This document shows positions 13,598 to 27,730 of a stretch of 64,000 bases of DNA, piece by piece; position 1 is the stretch's first letter, and the number at the start of each line of letters is the position of its first letter. The translations under genes and the position numbers were made by a program. The notes under the pieces were generated by a model, which was not told the DNA's origin, did no database searches, and worked only from the letters and a program-made list of their open reading frames with translations. Origin of the DNA: the human T2T-CHM13v2.0 reference genome, Homo sapiens; assembly GCF_009914755.1 (NCBI RefSeq), contig NC_060934.1; one strand, written 5' to 3'.

Positions 13598-14250
13598 GTC
13601 ATTCAGTCAACCAGTCTTTATTTAGCTGACAAGTGCCAGGCATTTTCCAGCAGCAGCTCTTTGGGACAGAGCAGTGAACAAAACACTGGGAAGGCTGGCC
13701 TTCGGGGAAGGTTCCTCCCAGGTAGGGAAGAGGCAGGGTGCTCATTCTTCTTGTTGATTTTCTGTACTTTCCAGGCTGGTGGGCATAGTGGGAAAGCAGG
13801 GAGAGGGCATCTAGCCTTGGTGTGTGGGCCTCAATTGTGACTGGGGTGGCCAGGAAAGTCCTCACTGGGAAGGAAAAAATAGGTAAAAGTCTGCATGAGG
13901 CAAGGCGAGACTCCCTGCTGACCCCTAGAGAAGAAGCAGGCGTGCGAAGGCCCCGTGGCCAGTGCCTGTGTGGTGCCTTCCAGGAGCTGCAAGGAAATCA
14001 TCAGGGATGAGGTGCAGTGTTCGAGGCACAGCATACAGGGAGATGAGGAAGTGGGGGGTGAGGGGACAGCCAGGCTTTGCCGGCAGACATAGGCGGGGGA
14101 TGACTTGGTTTTTACTCCAAGCGAGGCGAGCCACAGGAGGGAGCGGAGCCTGCGGAGCAGTGCAGAGGCCAGCTCTGAGTCTCAGCTGAATGTCTTCATC
14201 CTGCCTGCTTGAATGGGAACAGACGCGCAGGGGACAGCATCGCTTCCAGA
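13598..14250 (-). mobile_element. Degraded L2 fragment
   Basis: cattcagtcaacc...tttatttagctgacaagtgccaggcatt...gacagagcagtgaacaaaaca resembles the antisense L2 3' end. Confidence 0.5.
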
Positions 14251-14469
14251 TGGGCTCAGTGCCATACCCTATAGAGTCCCTATTTCAAGGAAGACATCCA
14301 GGCTAGAGCTAGACATTTGGAGGCATATAGGAGGTACTTAACACTATGATGTCAGATGTGGTTAAAAAATAGAAGAAAGTCGTGATAATGAACATATCTA
14401 GATGGCAGAATTACGGCTGATTTTCTCTCCTTTCTTTTGGAATTGCCTATGATGAGCATATACAGCTAT

Positions 14470-15245
14470 TTTAAATTAAATATAATTTGTTATAGAGCAG
14501 CTTTAGGTTTACAGAAAAAATGGGTAGAAAGTAGAGAGAGTTCCCTAATGGATGCCTCCACTCCCCTCATTGTGAATATTTGGCATCAGCGTGGTGGGTT
14601 TGTTACAGTTCATGAGCTGACAATGGCACCTTATTAACTATGGCCACGGTGTTCACTGGGGTTCACCCTTTGTGCTGTGCATCCTATGGGTTTGGACAGA
14701 GGCATTGTAGGATCATACAGAGCATTTTCACAGCCATTGTACCACCACTGTGGTATCATACAATGCATTTTCACAGCCCTAAAACTCCCCTGGCCTCCGC
14801 CTGTTCATCCCTCCCTCCCCCTAGCCCCTGGCAGCCGCTGATCTTTCTATGGCCTCTCTAGTTTTGCCTTTTCCAGAAGGCCATTCAGTTGGAACCAAAT
14901 ACTATGTAGCCCTTTCAGACTGCCATCTTCCGCTTGGCAATATCCATTTAAGGTTCCTCCATGTCTTCTCATGACTTGATAGCTCATTTCTTTTTATTGT
15001 TGAATGATACTCCATTATCAGGATGTGTCACAGTTTAGAAGCACAATTGTTGGATTTTATGGTAAGAGTGTGTTTTGCTTTTTAAGAAACTGCCAGACTG
15101 TCTTCCACGGTGGCTATGCCATTTTGCATTCCCACCAGCAGTGAATGGGAGTTCCTGTTGTTCCACATCCTCAATCTGCATTTAGTGATGTCGGTGTTCT
15201 GGATGTCGGCTTTTCTAAAAAGTATGTCATGGAATCTACTTGTTG
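14470..15245 (-). mobile_element. Old L1 3' end (L1MC/MD-like)
   Basis: tttaggtttacagaaaaaatgg...; aagaaactgccagactgtcttcca...ttttgcattcccaccagcagtgaatg. Confidence 0.8.
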
Positions 15246-18200
15246 CCATAGACAGATTTGAAGTCAGAAAAAACTAAGCACTGTTCAAAATATATCATCT
15301 TAATAATAACACACTTTAGAAAATTTATAAGATAAAGTAATTATGCGGATAAAAAGGCCCCTCCTGAACTCCCCCACTGAACACTGTCCATCTTTCGTTA
15401 TATTGCAGTTGTTTGGCCTGGCTGTGTTGGAAACGTATCACAATCACACCACATCTGTGGCTTTTTCATGAGATGCTATAAAATGAACACTTCCTTTATC
15501 ATTACATGGCCTTCAAAAGTCCCACTATGAACCACAGCCTTGTATTCCAAGGAAGGCACGTGCCCCATACATTTGCCATATTTTTACCCACCTCCATCGT
15601 AATAGGTGCTGTTCTGATAGATAACGACGACATAAACAACCGTCTGCAAACAGGTTCATTTCTGTATTTATTGCTATGCAGTAGACTGCAGGGTCCAAAC
15701 AGTGTAAGCATGTGTCAGTGTAAGGAGGGAATTTTCCAGAAGTTTTGATGCACTAGAAAGCCCTACACAAATTTATTAACAATGGCTTCTCCCCTTAGGA
15801 TCTCTGTTTGCATGCTGCCTCTCCACAGCTGTTTCCACTGGAATTTAACCACTTAGTAGTTTCATTTAACCTGCTTAGTGGGCCTCTGAGTGAGCGCAAA
15901 AGTTAAAGTCCTTGCTGGGAAGTTATTTCCAGTTGAGGAAGGAAAAGATGGTATCAGAATGACCTGGAGTTTTCCAAACCCCAGGAACCACTGGGAGCCC
16001 CCAGAAGGGCAATGGGTGGGTGGGACGGAGGGAGGGCTGTAAACACGCAAAGCCCCTCAGGCCACTGTAACATCCCCCTGCACTCCCCCTCCCCCCACAC
16101 CCCTTTCCTGTGCCCAAGTCCTGCCCAGCCAGAAGCTTCTCCCTGGTCTCAGCCCAGGCTGACCTTCCTGCCGGGGATGCTCTGACTCTCATCCCTGAAG
16201 CTCCTCCTACCCAGCAGAGAGGGACTGGGGCAACACACCCTGCCCTTGCCACTTAGCAGCCCTGCCAGAGCACAGGTGCAGCAGTGCTGGTGGTCAGGCC
16301 CAAGCTGTGGGCTCCTGGGTCGGGAAGGGGCTGTCGAAGACCACCCACCCACAGGAAGGAAAGGTTGGATCTCTATAGGGTGTGATACGGGTGCAAACAG
16401 ATACAGAGAAGCCATAGAGCTTGGTACTTAGTATACAGATTTGCACCTGAGGAGTCGGGCTCCTGGTTCAAAGCCTGAGTGTGATACTTTGGGCCTGACC
16501 TGAAGGCTGCACTGGGCAGGTCTCAGGGGGAAGCTGCGTCCCCACACCAGGCTCTTGCTTAGCCAGGCATGGCAGGCTTGAGGGAGCAGCAGGGAAAGGC
16601 TCGGGCCCTGGGGCCAGTCACGCTCCCAGCACATCTGCACCCCTATCTTGGGGACACCTTCATTCTCAGGTCTCATTATCTGAGGCCTTGGGCAGAGGTC
16701 CTCCAGGTGTCTCTGCTAAGACCTCCGTGTTGGCGGGGGAGGGCAAGAGCTTAAAGCCACCTCCACGCTCTGACTCAGTTCCCAGGGAATTCCCGCTCCA
16801 AGCCTTTCCCAACTCCATGACTTCAGGGCCCCTAAAACTGCAGGAGCCTTTTGTTCAGGGCTCCCTGACAGCGTGAGGGTCCCACGTCTGTGTAGATCAC
16901 TCTGGCTCTAGACCTGTGTGCTGGTCAGTGAGGGAAAGAGAACGGGGAGTCGACATGTCCTCCGACTTCAGACTCTTGCCTGTCCCAGCCGAGCCCTTAA
17001 TTAAGAAGACAGGACCAAACTTCACAATCCTGGTGAGAAGCCACCGAGTCCATTTTTTTTAACGAACTCAATCTGTTGTTTGAAATGAAGATGGCCTTTC
17101 ATAATGAGTGAAAAAGCGACTGATGGTGTTTTACAAGGAACAGATACTAAGGTGAGAGTGGTTTGTATATGGAAGTGAGAAAATGTGTTTACCACCATGT
17201 GATTTTGTTGCAAAAAATCATGGGTCAACTAAACAGAAAAATAAATAAGGAAACTTTCTTATCTGTCTCTTTAAGAAAAATAAACTTGAAAATATACTTT
17301 TTAACCTGCTCTGAGATCATATGAAATTTTAACACTCTGATTCATTCACAAAGTCAGCTGAATGATATCAGTGAAGACAGAAAGTTAATCATATCAACAG
17401 AATGATTTACATCATTGGTAGATGAGATCGAAAGAAGAGGTCCTGGTATTATCATAAAACTTCTGCCCAGCTCCAGGCCCTTGTGAAGGGTGAAGTTCAG
17501 TCATGATAACCATCGGAATTGAGTACCAGCAAACCTCAGAGATAACGTGGGTTCAGTACCAGACCACCACAATAACGCAAATATTGCGATAAAGAGAGTC
17601 AAGTGAATTTTTTGGTTTTTCAATGCATACAAAAGTTATGTTTACACTATAGTGTAGTCTGTTAAATGTGCAATAGTATTATGTCTAAAAAATGTACATC
17701 CCTAAATTTAAAAATAGTTTATTGCTAAAAAATATTAGAGATCATCTGAGCCTTCAGCAAACTGTAACTCTTTTGCCAGTGGAGGGTCTTGCCTCGATGT
17801 TGATGGCCGCTGACTGATCAGGATGGTGGTTGCTGAAGGCTGGGGTGGCTGTGCCAATTTCACAAAAGAAGACAACAGCAACGCTTGCTACATTGATGGA
17901 CTCTTCCTTTCAGGAAAGATGTCTCTGTAGCATGCAATGCTGTTTGACAGCATTTTAGCCGCAGTAGAACTTTCAAAATTGGAGTCAATCCCCTCAAACC
18001 CTGCTGCTGCTTTATCAACTCAGTCTATGTAATATTCTAAATCCTTTGTTATTATTTCAACAATGTTTACAACATCTTCACCAGGAGTAGATTCCATCTC
18101 AAGAAACCACTTTCTATGTTCACTCGTAAGAAGTAACTCCTTATGCGTTAAAGTTGTATTTGAGATTTCAGCAATTCAGTCACATCTTCAAGCTCCACTT

Positions 18201-18446
18201 CCACTTCTAGTTCTCTTGCTGTTTCCACCACATCAGCAGTTACTTCCTCCAAAGACGTCTTGAAACCCCTGAAATCATTCATGAGAGTTGAAATCAGCTT
18301 CTTTCAAACTCCCGTTAATGTTGATATTTTGTCCTCTTCCTATGAATTATGAATGTTCACGGCTGCAGAATGGATGTTGTGTTAGCAGGCACGAAAACAA
18401 TTCATCTCATCCCCATGTGACCAGGTGCGTTGTCAATGAGTAAAAA

Positions 18447-20231
18447 TGTTACGAGATCTTTGGGGTGTTGCTTTTCTGGCTGGAAACCTCTGTGGCCAGT
18501 GGCACCTTGGTCTGACTTCTTGAGTCCAGAAAGAATGAGGTACACAGACAAGTGGAGGGTGAGCAAGACAAAGAGGAGCTTTATTAAGTGTTAGAACAGC
18601 TCAGAGGCTCTCAGCAGAGAGGAGGCCCTGGAATGGGTGGCTTCTCTCTGCAGGCAGGTCATCCTGATGAGTGTTCAGCTCTCAGCAGAGAGGGTAGCTT
18701 CTGCTGCAGCTGGTCAACTGGACATCTGTAGTTCTCAGCAGAGAGGAGGCCTTGGAGAGGGTAGCTCCTCTCTGTGGCTGGTCGTCCCTACATCTGCTGC
18801 TCTCTGCAGCGGATAACTCCTCTCTGCAGCTGGTCATCCTGGCACCTCTCTGTCCTCTGCTCTGCTCTGGCTGAGTCTTTTATGGCTTTTATGGGCCTCA
18901 GAGGGGAGGAAGTGCCTTCCAATTGGTCCATGGGTGGCCATGAGAGGGCCTGGAAAAGGCACAAGTCCCTACTCCAGTCCAGAGGACTGGCAACCGGCCC
19001 CCAGCCTTCAGGTCCTCCCTGGCCTGAAGGTGCATCCTCATCTGGAACCCACTCCTTCACACCCAGGAGCCCGTCTGCCTCCTGCCACCACTCATCATGC
19101 CCAGGCCGCTTGCACCCAGGGGTACCCGCAGGCCAGTGCTGAGTTGCCACCAGCCCCGTCTCAGCCTCCCACCTGCGCTCATTGGTGCCCAAAGTCCAGA
19201 GAATCTGAGGCAGCAGGGCACTGCACATGAGCACTGCCCTGAGTGTGCACACACCTGGCTGGACTGCAACAGCACCCAGGCTTGGCCCCAACCCTACTCT
19301 AGGATCGGAGTAAGCACTGGAAGCAGGGAGAGGCCAGGCAGCAGGAGCAGATACCCCCAAGCCTAAGCCCTGAGAGCATCGGGAGGCCCAGGCCCACAGC
19401 TGCAACCTGGGTGGCTGCAACTGAGCCTCGGCAGCTCCCACACTGCCAACTTGAGGGGGGTCATGGCTCCTGCCTGTCCCAGCTCTGCAAAGTGAGCAGA
19501 CCTGGCTGTGCCCTTCTCTGCGTCTCCCTCTGCCGCAGTGGTGGCCCTTGCACAAGTGAACCCGATGTTCCTGGGGCTGGTCCCATGAGTCCTGGCTGCA
19601 ACTTTGGCCGGGTGCTTATGGGCTCCCAGGACATGGCAGAGTGTGAGGTTGAAGCTGTGGCAGAGGCTCCAAGCCTCGGAGCAGGTCCTGCCCAGCCATG
19701 CAAGGGTGGAGGTGGCACAGTTGGCTGCCTTGGGGACATGGGGCACAGGGAACCCCACTGCTGCTCCCACCACCAGTCCTGCTGCCCTGTCCACCTCCTT
19801 GCAGACTTCGGTGGGGGCTCCAGGGCCTTGCCAGGCCCGTGCCAGAGTCGAGGGCAAGGGTGATGTTGCCACAAGTTCCCCGGGGGCCCTAGTGCTCAGG
19901 GGTGGTCCAGGGCTCCCCTTTGCCCAGCTCACAACCCTGCCAGGGTTGGCTCCTCTGGGAGCGAATTGCAGGCCCTGGGCCCAGCTGCCAGGAGTGCCAG
20001 GCTCAGCAGTGGGAGCAGTCACTTCTGAGCCTGTGGGGGGCAGGGAGGGATTCCCAGTCCCCTAAGACCACGGGAATGCCCTGCTCCATAGCCGGCCTTG
20101 AGCAGCTGCAGTGGTGCCCAGGGAGGGCTGGGCTCCTGCCTGCTCTGTGGAGTGGAAGACCCAGCTGCACCTCCCTGCTGCAGCTGGCATCTTGGAAGCA
20201 GCCACTCTAGATGGACTGCTGCTGCCATTCA
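18447..20231 (-). mobile_element. MER52-family solo LTR (ERV1) inserted in Tigger1
   Basis: TG...CA ends; minus strand begins tgaatggcagcagcagtccatctagagtggctgc, like MER52. GC-rich, 1.8 kb; Tigger1 sequence is contiguous across it. Confidence 0.82.
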
Positions 20232-21121
20232 TAATATTTTGATAGGAATCTTTTTTATTTTTATTTTTTCTGAACAGTAGGTCTCAATAATGGGCTTTAA
20301 ATACTCAGCAAACCATGCTAGAAACAGATGTGCTGTCACCCAGGCTTTGCTGTTCCATTTATAGCACACAGGCAGAGTAGATTTAGCATCGTTCTTGAGG
20401 GCCTTAGGATTTTTTGAATTGTAAATTAGTCTTGCCTTCAACTTAAAGTCACAAGCTGCACTGGCCCCTAACCAGATAGTCATCAGTCCTTTGAAGTTTT
20501 GAAGCCCATCACTGACTTCTCCTCTATAGCTATAAAAGTCCTAGACGGCATCTTCTTCCAATAGATGGCTGTTTCATCTGCATTGCAAATCTCTTCTGTA
20601 GTGTAGCCACCTTCATCGACGCTCTTAGCTAGGTCTTCTGGATAACTGGGTGCAGCTTCTTCATCAGCACTTGCTGCTTCACCTTACACTTTTATGTTAT
20701 GGAGACAGTTTCTGTCCTTAAACCTCATGCATCACCTCTGTTAGCTTCAAACTTTTCTTCTGCTGCTTCCTCACCTCTCTCAGCCTTCACAGAGTTGAAG
20801 ACAGTTAGGAGCTTGCTCTGGATTAGGCTTTGGCTTAATGGAATGTTGTGCCTGGTTTGATCTTCCATCCACACCATTAAAATTTTCCCCACATCAGCAG
20901 TGAGGCTGTTTCACTTTATCTTTTTATTGTTGTTGTTCACTGGAGTAGCACTTTTGATTTCCTTCAAAAACTTTTCCTTAGCATTCACAACTCAGCTAAC
21001 TTGTTGGTGCATGACACCTAGTTTTCAGCCTATAATAGCTTTCAACACGCCTTCTTCACTCAGCTTAATTATTGCTAGCTTTTGATTTAAAGTGAAACAT
21101 GCCACTCTTCTTTTCATTTGA

Positions 21122-21480
<359 letters not shown>

Positions 21481-24400
21481 TCAATTGATCTAATTTCAAT
21501 ATTGCTATGTCTCAGGGAAGAGGGAGGCCCAAGGAGAGGGAGAAGGATGGGGAAAGGCTGGTTGGTGGAGCAGTTAGAACACACAGGACATTGATAGATT
21601 AACCTCCCCATCTTATACAGGTGAAGTTTGTGGCTCCCCAAAACAATCACAATAGTAGCATCGATTATCACTGATCATAGATCACCACAACAGACGTAAC
21701 AATACTTAAAAACTTTGAAACACTGAGAGTTCCCAGAATGTAACAGAGACATGAAGTGAGCACACGCTGCTGGGAAAACGGCACCCACAGACTTGTTCCC
21801 ACCTGGGGTTGCCACAAACCTTCAACTTGTAAAAACACACTATCAGCAAGGCACAAGAAAGGGACGCACAATAAAGAGAAGTGTGCCTGTGCCTACTGGG
21901 CAGGTGAAGCCTCGCACCAAACCCGCAACCCACAGAGAGCCCACGGAGCACGGCAACCCCACGTGCACATCACAAAGGCAAGAGGAGCGCACTTCAGGAG
22001 GATATCCAAATCCTTTTACTGATAAACATGCAACGGTAACACAAGGAGCCCAGTGTTGGGAAGAAGAGGTGTGGGTTGCTTTGTGTTTTCCTTCCTATGT
22101 CCTTCTCTGCACCCCACAGTCAGACATTTATGAAGCCAGATGGCACCTGGCTCTGGGACTGGAAAGATGATATAACGTGGGCACCCAGGCAAACAGAAGA
22201 GTGCCTTTGGGTAGGAGTTGCCTGAGGATACAAGCCAGGAAGGGCGCAAAGCCAGCCAGAGCCTGGGGACGCTAGCTGCTCCCCTCGGAGACGCCTCCTG
22301 AGCTGAGTTTGAAGAGCAGCAGGCACTCAATACACTGCATGGACGGATAAATACCATAACTAACTTTCCCCAAAGGACCACAGGGAATCCCGTAGTTGAG
22401 TAAATAAACAGTGAGATAAGACAGGTCCAGCCAAAGAAAACTGCTAAGCCAGCTCAGAGATAAGCCAGAAATGCTATCCCACAAGGATGGCTTATAAAAA
22501 TCAATATTTTAAGCAAAACAGTAATTAACCATGTGCTTCCCTTGAGGGCAGGTTGAGGAGAGGGTGCGGAGCCAACATCTCCAGAAAACCCACATGTGCT
22601 TGATGCCCAGCCCCGCATGGCTGCTGCCGTTGCTGGCGTTTGCATTGTTATTGCCACTCCTACCTTCTTCTCTGATTATCAAACTTGCAAAAGAGTTTTG
22701 GTTGCATGTTTTTTTTCAAACACTTCCTTTAATATCCACATGCAGGCAAATGTCCATTGTCCCTGTGTGTCGTGGGAGATATCAGGCTTGGCGAGGTTTG
22801 TCGAACCTGCACAAAGGCCCGCGGTGATGATGGTGCCGACGTTCCTGTTCCAGTGTATCTGGCCTGAATCCCACCCTGCCAGGCTGGGGCCAGGCCCCCT
22901 CCCCACACTGGCTGAAGTCGTGCCTCATCCATCTGACGCATCTGAGAGGAACAGGGCTTCCCAGAGACTCTCCTGGGCCTCACTAGGTCCCACCCTGGGG
23001 CCGAGTGCACTGAGGCATTTGGCTGGGCTCCACATCGTGACTTCCTGAAGACCCCACTGGCCTCAGCAATACCAGGAGGGCAGCCCTGCCACCGCCTTCT
23101 CTGCTCAGAGGCAGACCAGCTGTTGAGATGCTTCCAGAACCTGCCTCCAGAACCTGGCACCCAACCAGCAGCTGGATTTGGCTTTTCCCGGGACTCAGTG
23201 AAGAAGAGGGACAGTAGGGTGGGAGCCCGGTGCAGTGGCAGGTGGCTCCAGAATATCAGGCCTAGTGAGCCAAGCCCCACTGTGCCGGCTCAGCACACCC
23301 ACACGCAGCTGGGCGGCTCTCCAGGTTTTCTCTTCCTCTCTGGGCAAACCCTAGGTAGGAGCCAGCCTCAGTCCAGAGGACTTCCGTCTCTCCCTGCACT
23401 CTGCAGAGGAGGTGCCCACAGAAGGCACGTGGCTGGAGAGGCCTGCTGACCCCAGCCAGACCCTCCCTGCCTGGCCCAGGCATCTGACCACTCTGCCCAA
23501 GGGATGCTCACCCAAAAGGAGCGTGCTGGCGTCATGGGCTCTGGGGCCTGAGGCTTGGAAGACTTGTCAAAGACTAAGCTGGGAATTATGCCCGCCGGTG
23601 GGATGCAGAACAGATAAAATGCTAAGCATTTGCCTTCTGCATCTTCACCAGAGATCAGGAGGAAGGCCAGGACAGATCTGCCTCTGAGAATGCCCATGTG
23701 GAGGGAAGGCCTGGAGGCCTCCCCGAGGGCAGAGGGTTTTAGGCAAAGCCCAGGATGGCTGGTGAGGGTCCCTGTGACCGGAGACTGAATCTGACAAACA
23801 CCAGCTGCCATGCTGTCTGTGCTGAGCAACCCATTCAAGAAAACAAACAACCATTAGTTTATTATGCTTGTTTAGCAACTGATTTCAGCTCCAGTGGAAA
23901 TCCTTCAGGCGCTGTAGCTACCAACTGTACCAGAAATAATGGGTAACCATTTCTGCAGAAATGACTCTTTGACCAGGACAGTGACTTCAGGCACAGAAGA
24001 CAGGCCCAGCAAGCTTCACAGGGAGATAAGCCTGGGTCCACAGCAGGCACACGGGGCTCTGACAACACGGTGGGCAGCGGCGGAATGAGCTGGTGCAGGG
24101 ACTCCGTCAACAGCACAGGTCCTTCCCTCCGTGTCCTCTGAGAACACCGTGTCTTGCGCCTCCACACACAGCTCCACACACAGCTTGCAAGAATCAGGAA
24201 ATCCATCAGGAATTAACTATGCTCCTTGTGGAAGACCAGCGCCAGGTGTTTGCATATCTGACTGAGGCGCCCTGCAGATTCAGGACACGTGCGTTTGAAC
24301 TGCTGTTGGATGAGGTGGCCAGCATTTGCAATTTCTGGTGTTTGTTGTTCTGGTTGTTTTCTGAAAGGCATCCAATGCCTGCTATAGTTGCAAGTTTTGA

Positions 24401-27400
24401 ACGTGCCAAATAAATAATCCTACAAACTGGGCTGGATCATGGTCCAAGCTCCACGGGCCCCTTTCATCTCCTTGCCATGTTAGGTGTTTGAGTATCTGGC
24501 TCTTGCTGGGTGGTGGAGTCCCCAAGGGCCCCCACCATTCTTTCCTCCCTACCAGCCCTGTGCCTGGGGACCCCAGTGCTCAGGAAGTGTCTGTGTGGAG
24601 CCTCACCTGGCCAGTGGGAGAGATGACCCTTGGCAACCCTTCCTGATCCTCCCACACCACAGCCTGGTCTGTGAACTGTGCCGTCCAGCGTGGATGGGGG
24701 TAGAGCCCTTGGCAATCTCCCCACAGCAGGGAAGCTCAGGCCCTCAGTGCTGCCCACCCTGCCGGGATGTGGAGGCATGAGCCGTCACCTCAGCAGGCTC
24801 AACACACCAGCTTCCACGGGACCTAGAGGTCACAGAGGCTCCTCACCCCGGTTTCTGCATCTGTGGGGTGGGGAGAGTGTTGTTTAGAGGACCAAATGGA
24901 CAAGGTGCCCAGCCGGGAGCTCTGTAGCTTCCCTGTCATTTGAGGGTGATCTGGCGCCTTTGCTGATGGGGAGGGTCTGTCCATGGAGTGAGGCTTTGGA
25001 GACTGTTCTTCAGACAGAGCAGCAGGGAGTTGGGGTCCACAGTGGAGTGGGCCCGACCTCACCCTCAGGCCCGGGGCGCCTCACTCAGGCAGCGCCACCT
25101 TCCACTCCCCGCATTCCTTCCATTACCCTGGCCTAGGTCGGGTCCCTGCCCCATGGCAATGGGTCCTGGACTCCCAGGGGCTGCCCGTGTAGACAGCCTG
25201 GGACCCCCATGGTTGTCAGGACATAGCCTGGATGGCCAGAATGGAGGCCCCAGCAGTGACCACACACAGTGGTGATTCTCGGGCAGTGTCTTTTGGGGGC
25301 TCGGGCACATCCAGCTGGCCTCCTCCATGGGTCTGGAGTCACCAGGAACCCGGTTCCCAAAGCACTCGCCTGCCTCCTGGAGAGTCCCTTGGCCAAAGCC
25401 CCGGGCTTTGCTGCCACAAACTCAATGTGGAGCCTGAATCTCTGCCACAAAACGCCAAGGAAAAGTTTCTGAGGAATGAGGCTTTGGGAATTGTCATTTA
25501 AAAGGTGACTCTCAAAGTGAAACGCAGTGGTGGGGGCTGACCCCAATGGTGGGCCTCAGCTTTCCCGCCTCCGTCCAGGCCCCTGGGCTGACCGAGGCTC
25601 CCTCATTTGCCGAGAGGAGGCTCCAGGGCGGAGGGCGTCATTTCCCCCAGAGGAGACGCTGCCCACACCTACCCCATCTTCGCAGTGGGTGGCACTGGCC
25701 CAAGGTCTCCAGAGGTCACTCTGAGTGCTTCCAGGAAGCCCCAGGGCCAGGCTCTGGGCTTCCAAAAAGGCTCTTGGAGCCAAACGGAGCTCTGGTGAGT
25801 GCTGGCAAGTGGATGCCGGGAAGCCCCACTTCTCTAGGAAATATGGAAATAACAGGATTTACTCAAAGTGAAAGTCAGGAGTGAGAGAGAAACTATTCCC
25901 CCGTGAAAAGCTTCCCAAATTGAAAGAAAATAATTTGTCAGGGAACATGTCACAGGAGAAATGAAACTGCTTGCTCAGGTCTGTTTTCTTCTCTTCTGTT
26001 TGGTTGAGAGAGGAACGGGGCCTGGGCGTGTGATGGAAGCACCACCGCCGTCGAATGTCTGCTCAGCGCCCAGGAGGAAAGTGTCCTTCCTTTTCCTGCT
26101 CTGCTGTCTTGCACACAACTCATGGTCATTGATCCCATAGACATGGGAAAGGAAAGATTCTCGTAAACTACATTTCAGAAAATATCCACATTTTCATATT
26201 CTAAAACGATCATTCTGTTTCTTCAAAATGAGATTTAGCAAGCAGAACGCAGCCTTTGGGTGGCGGATGGTGCCTGCACAGCCACTGTCCTCCAGAGCGG
26301 CACCTGCTCAAGGCAGCCAGGGCCAACGCCATTCCCAGCTGCACTTGTTCAGTTTTGCTCAGCATCCTATGGCCATGAAAACTGAGATCAGCCGACGTAT
26401 GAGTCTTGGCTTTAGGACTCTTTCTGCCTCTCCATCCTTGAAGGAAGTGTGAAGGTGACTTTCCCAGGCACATCCCTTTCATTTCATCTGCGTGCCCCTC
26501 CTCTGCTGACATCACAGGTCTGTGCACCAAGACTGCTTTGCAAAGGGCTTCTTTCACTCCGGTTGTTTCGTTAAAACCCCCTTAGGGCCCAGCTCCCCCA
26601 GCGCGAGGCATTGCTGCTGCATGGCTTGTTCATGATCTGGCTCTGCACAGGTACTCACAGACGCCAACTTTCCCCAAGCTTCCTCCCAGGCCCCAGGAGG
26701 GGAGGACCCACCTGACCCCTCACATTGCCCTTGTGCTTTTCCAGCTGAGCTAAGCCCAGGCCGTGTGACACCGTCCCTTGGCATCACCGCTTCGCTTAGC
26801 AGCTATAAAAAATGTGGAAATGGCCCCATCCAGTCTGCCTGCCTCCATCCACAATCCCAGTTCTGCAGTTTGGATTGTCACATCAGGTGGAGTCAGGCAG
26901 GCTCGAGATCTCAGAATGGAGCCTAAGGCTGTGGGCACAGACCTGGAAGACCCCTAGGCCCCACATTATATGACTGATGCTGACTCCTGATCCTGATCTC
27001 GGGCCACTGACTCCTGATCCATACTCAAAGGTGCCCACATTGCCCTGCTCTCAGCATTGAAGGGATGCAGCCAAGGTTCACCCTGTCCCTCCACCCCATG
27101 ACACAGTGCCTGGCAGCCGGGCCTCCTCCCACAGAGCTAAGGAGCTAAGAGGTGCAGCTTTGGCATATGTCCACGGAGGACCCTGATGATGTAAGCTCAA
27201 AATGTCACTGGGCCCCACCGCATGGGTATGAACAAGCAGCCCTGCTCTCCACACACTGGACAGAATGTCTAATCGAGTCACCGGAGGTCTACAAGCATGG
27301 ACATCACTCTCCCTGCCTCAGCAAAATGGACAGGTACAAGGCGAGAGTGTGGTACTCTCACTAAGAACGGAGAAAATTCACTTAGCTTTGTACGTCAGTT

Positions 27401-27639
27401 TAGGGATACTAATGCGTTGTTATTATTGTGATTTCATGTAATTTGTTGCACAATAATTTGAATATTCATTTTATTATAACTAGAGATTAATGACACTACC
27501 CAGGAGAACAGATTGCTGTGAATACCTGGTAACGTAAATGTCCTGATTAAGGAACCAGATCAGAGAGGGAGAGAGGGGGAAAAGGCAAGCAGCAGTTTCC
27601 ATCATTAAGAAACAATGGATGGGTTCCCTCAGGTTCCAG

Positions 27640-27730
27640 AAATCACCCCTCAAAACTTACCCACGTAACCAACACCCATCTATACCCCAAAAACTACTGA
27701 AATAAAAAAATTAAAAATTATCTTTAAAAA
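27640..27730 (+). mobile_element. Short L1 3' terminus with A-tail
   Basis: cttacccacgtaaccaacacccatctataccccaaaaactactgaaataaaaaaa matches L1PB/L1MA-type 3' ends. Confidence 0.65.

Noticed and set aside
18774-20280. ORFs up to 255 aa
   Set aside because: All lie inside the GC-rich MER52-like LTR, with no gag/pol/env or other domain features.
20229-20483. Transposase-like ORF as a possible domesticated gene
   Set aside because: Short fragment of a decayed Tigger1 whose coding region is broken by an LTR insertion.
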